A stretch of DNA of 64,000 nt, from NCBI GenBank assembly GCA_918797485.1, contig CAKKNE010000004.1:4030001-4094000 (forward strand), read 5' to 3'. Source of the DNA: Pelagomonas calceolata (lineage: Eukaryota). The notes under the pieces were generated by a model. The model was not told where the DNA came from, did not search any database, and worked only from the letters and a program-made list of their open reading frames with translations. Positions 63,675 through 64,000 of the stretch are shown here, one piece after another. Both the position numbers and the translations under genes were made by a program. Position 1 is the first letter of the stretch. Every line of letters starts with the position of its first letter.

Positions 63675-64000
63675 TTAAGTACCACCACCACTATTGTTTT
63701 CGACCTCGGTCGGCGGCCGCGGCGGAGAAGTCGCCCGCGCGAACCCGTCCGCCGCCGCCGCGCGGTCCGGCGACCACTCGATCTTCTTCACCACTAAAGG
63801 AGCCGGCGCATGTCTCCCAAACGGCGGCGCGGCGAACCGCCCCGCGCCGCCCCCAAACACGGGGGGCGGCGACGCCGACACGTCCTCGCGCCGCGGCGGC
63901 GGCCGGAACGAGTCGTCGTCGTCGCTCGAGTCCGAGGATGCTGACGAGTCCTCGCGCCGCTTCTTTTGCTGCGGCGCGACGCCGACGATGGGCGGCTTGC
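63675..64000 (-). CDS. 3' end of a low-complexity protein, truncated by the window edge
   Basis: Open frame from the window end: KPPIVGVAPQQKKRREDSSASSDSSDDDD...NNSGGGT*. Confidence 0.5.
   Translation of the reverse strand, partial: KPPIVGVAPQQKKRREDSSASSDSSDDDDSFRPPPRREDVSASPPPVFGGGAGRFAAPPFGRHAPAPLVVKKIEWSPDRAAAADGFARATSPPRPPTEVENNSGGGT

Overview
This is a gene-dense, very GC-rich eukaryotic algal window, not a prokaryotic one. It encodes alpha-tubulin, CFAP20, a Tctex-1 dynein light chain, a fucoxanthin-type LHC and Tic22, and has several bipartite plastid presequences and spliceosomal introns. Four introns carry CTGTGTGGAAATCAA-type terminal inverted repeats, which points to a pelagophyte (Pelagomonas/Aureococcus-like; inference). 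I can support about 45 protein genes, one tRNA-Pro(CGG) and seven introns. Highlights: (1) A selenium theme. A SelU/PRXL2-type selenoprotein is hidden in the ORF track (in-frame UGA in a UxxC motif plus a SECIS), and SEPSECS is present. Two more hairpins share the same AUGAC...CGAC SECIS core; one follows a tRNA-linked MJ1316-domain ORF ending UGA-UAG, the other has no clear host gene. (2) The introner-type introns fall into two classes: those with an 8-bp TSD, and those with no TSD that share a GTCGAGA leader. (3) A TAGT/JGT-like glycosyltransferase carries a canonical PCNA PIP box. (4) There is a stand-alone half-aquaporin. (5) An organellar family-A DNA polymerase has inserted SAP-like repeats. 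All family calls come from recognising motifs by eye; no searches were run.
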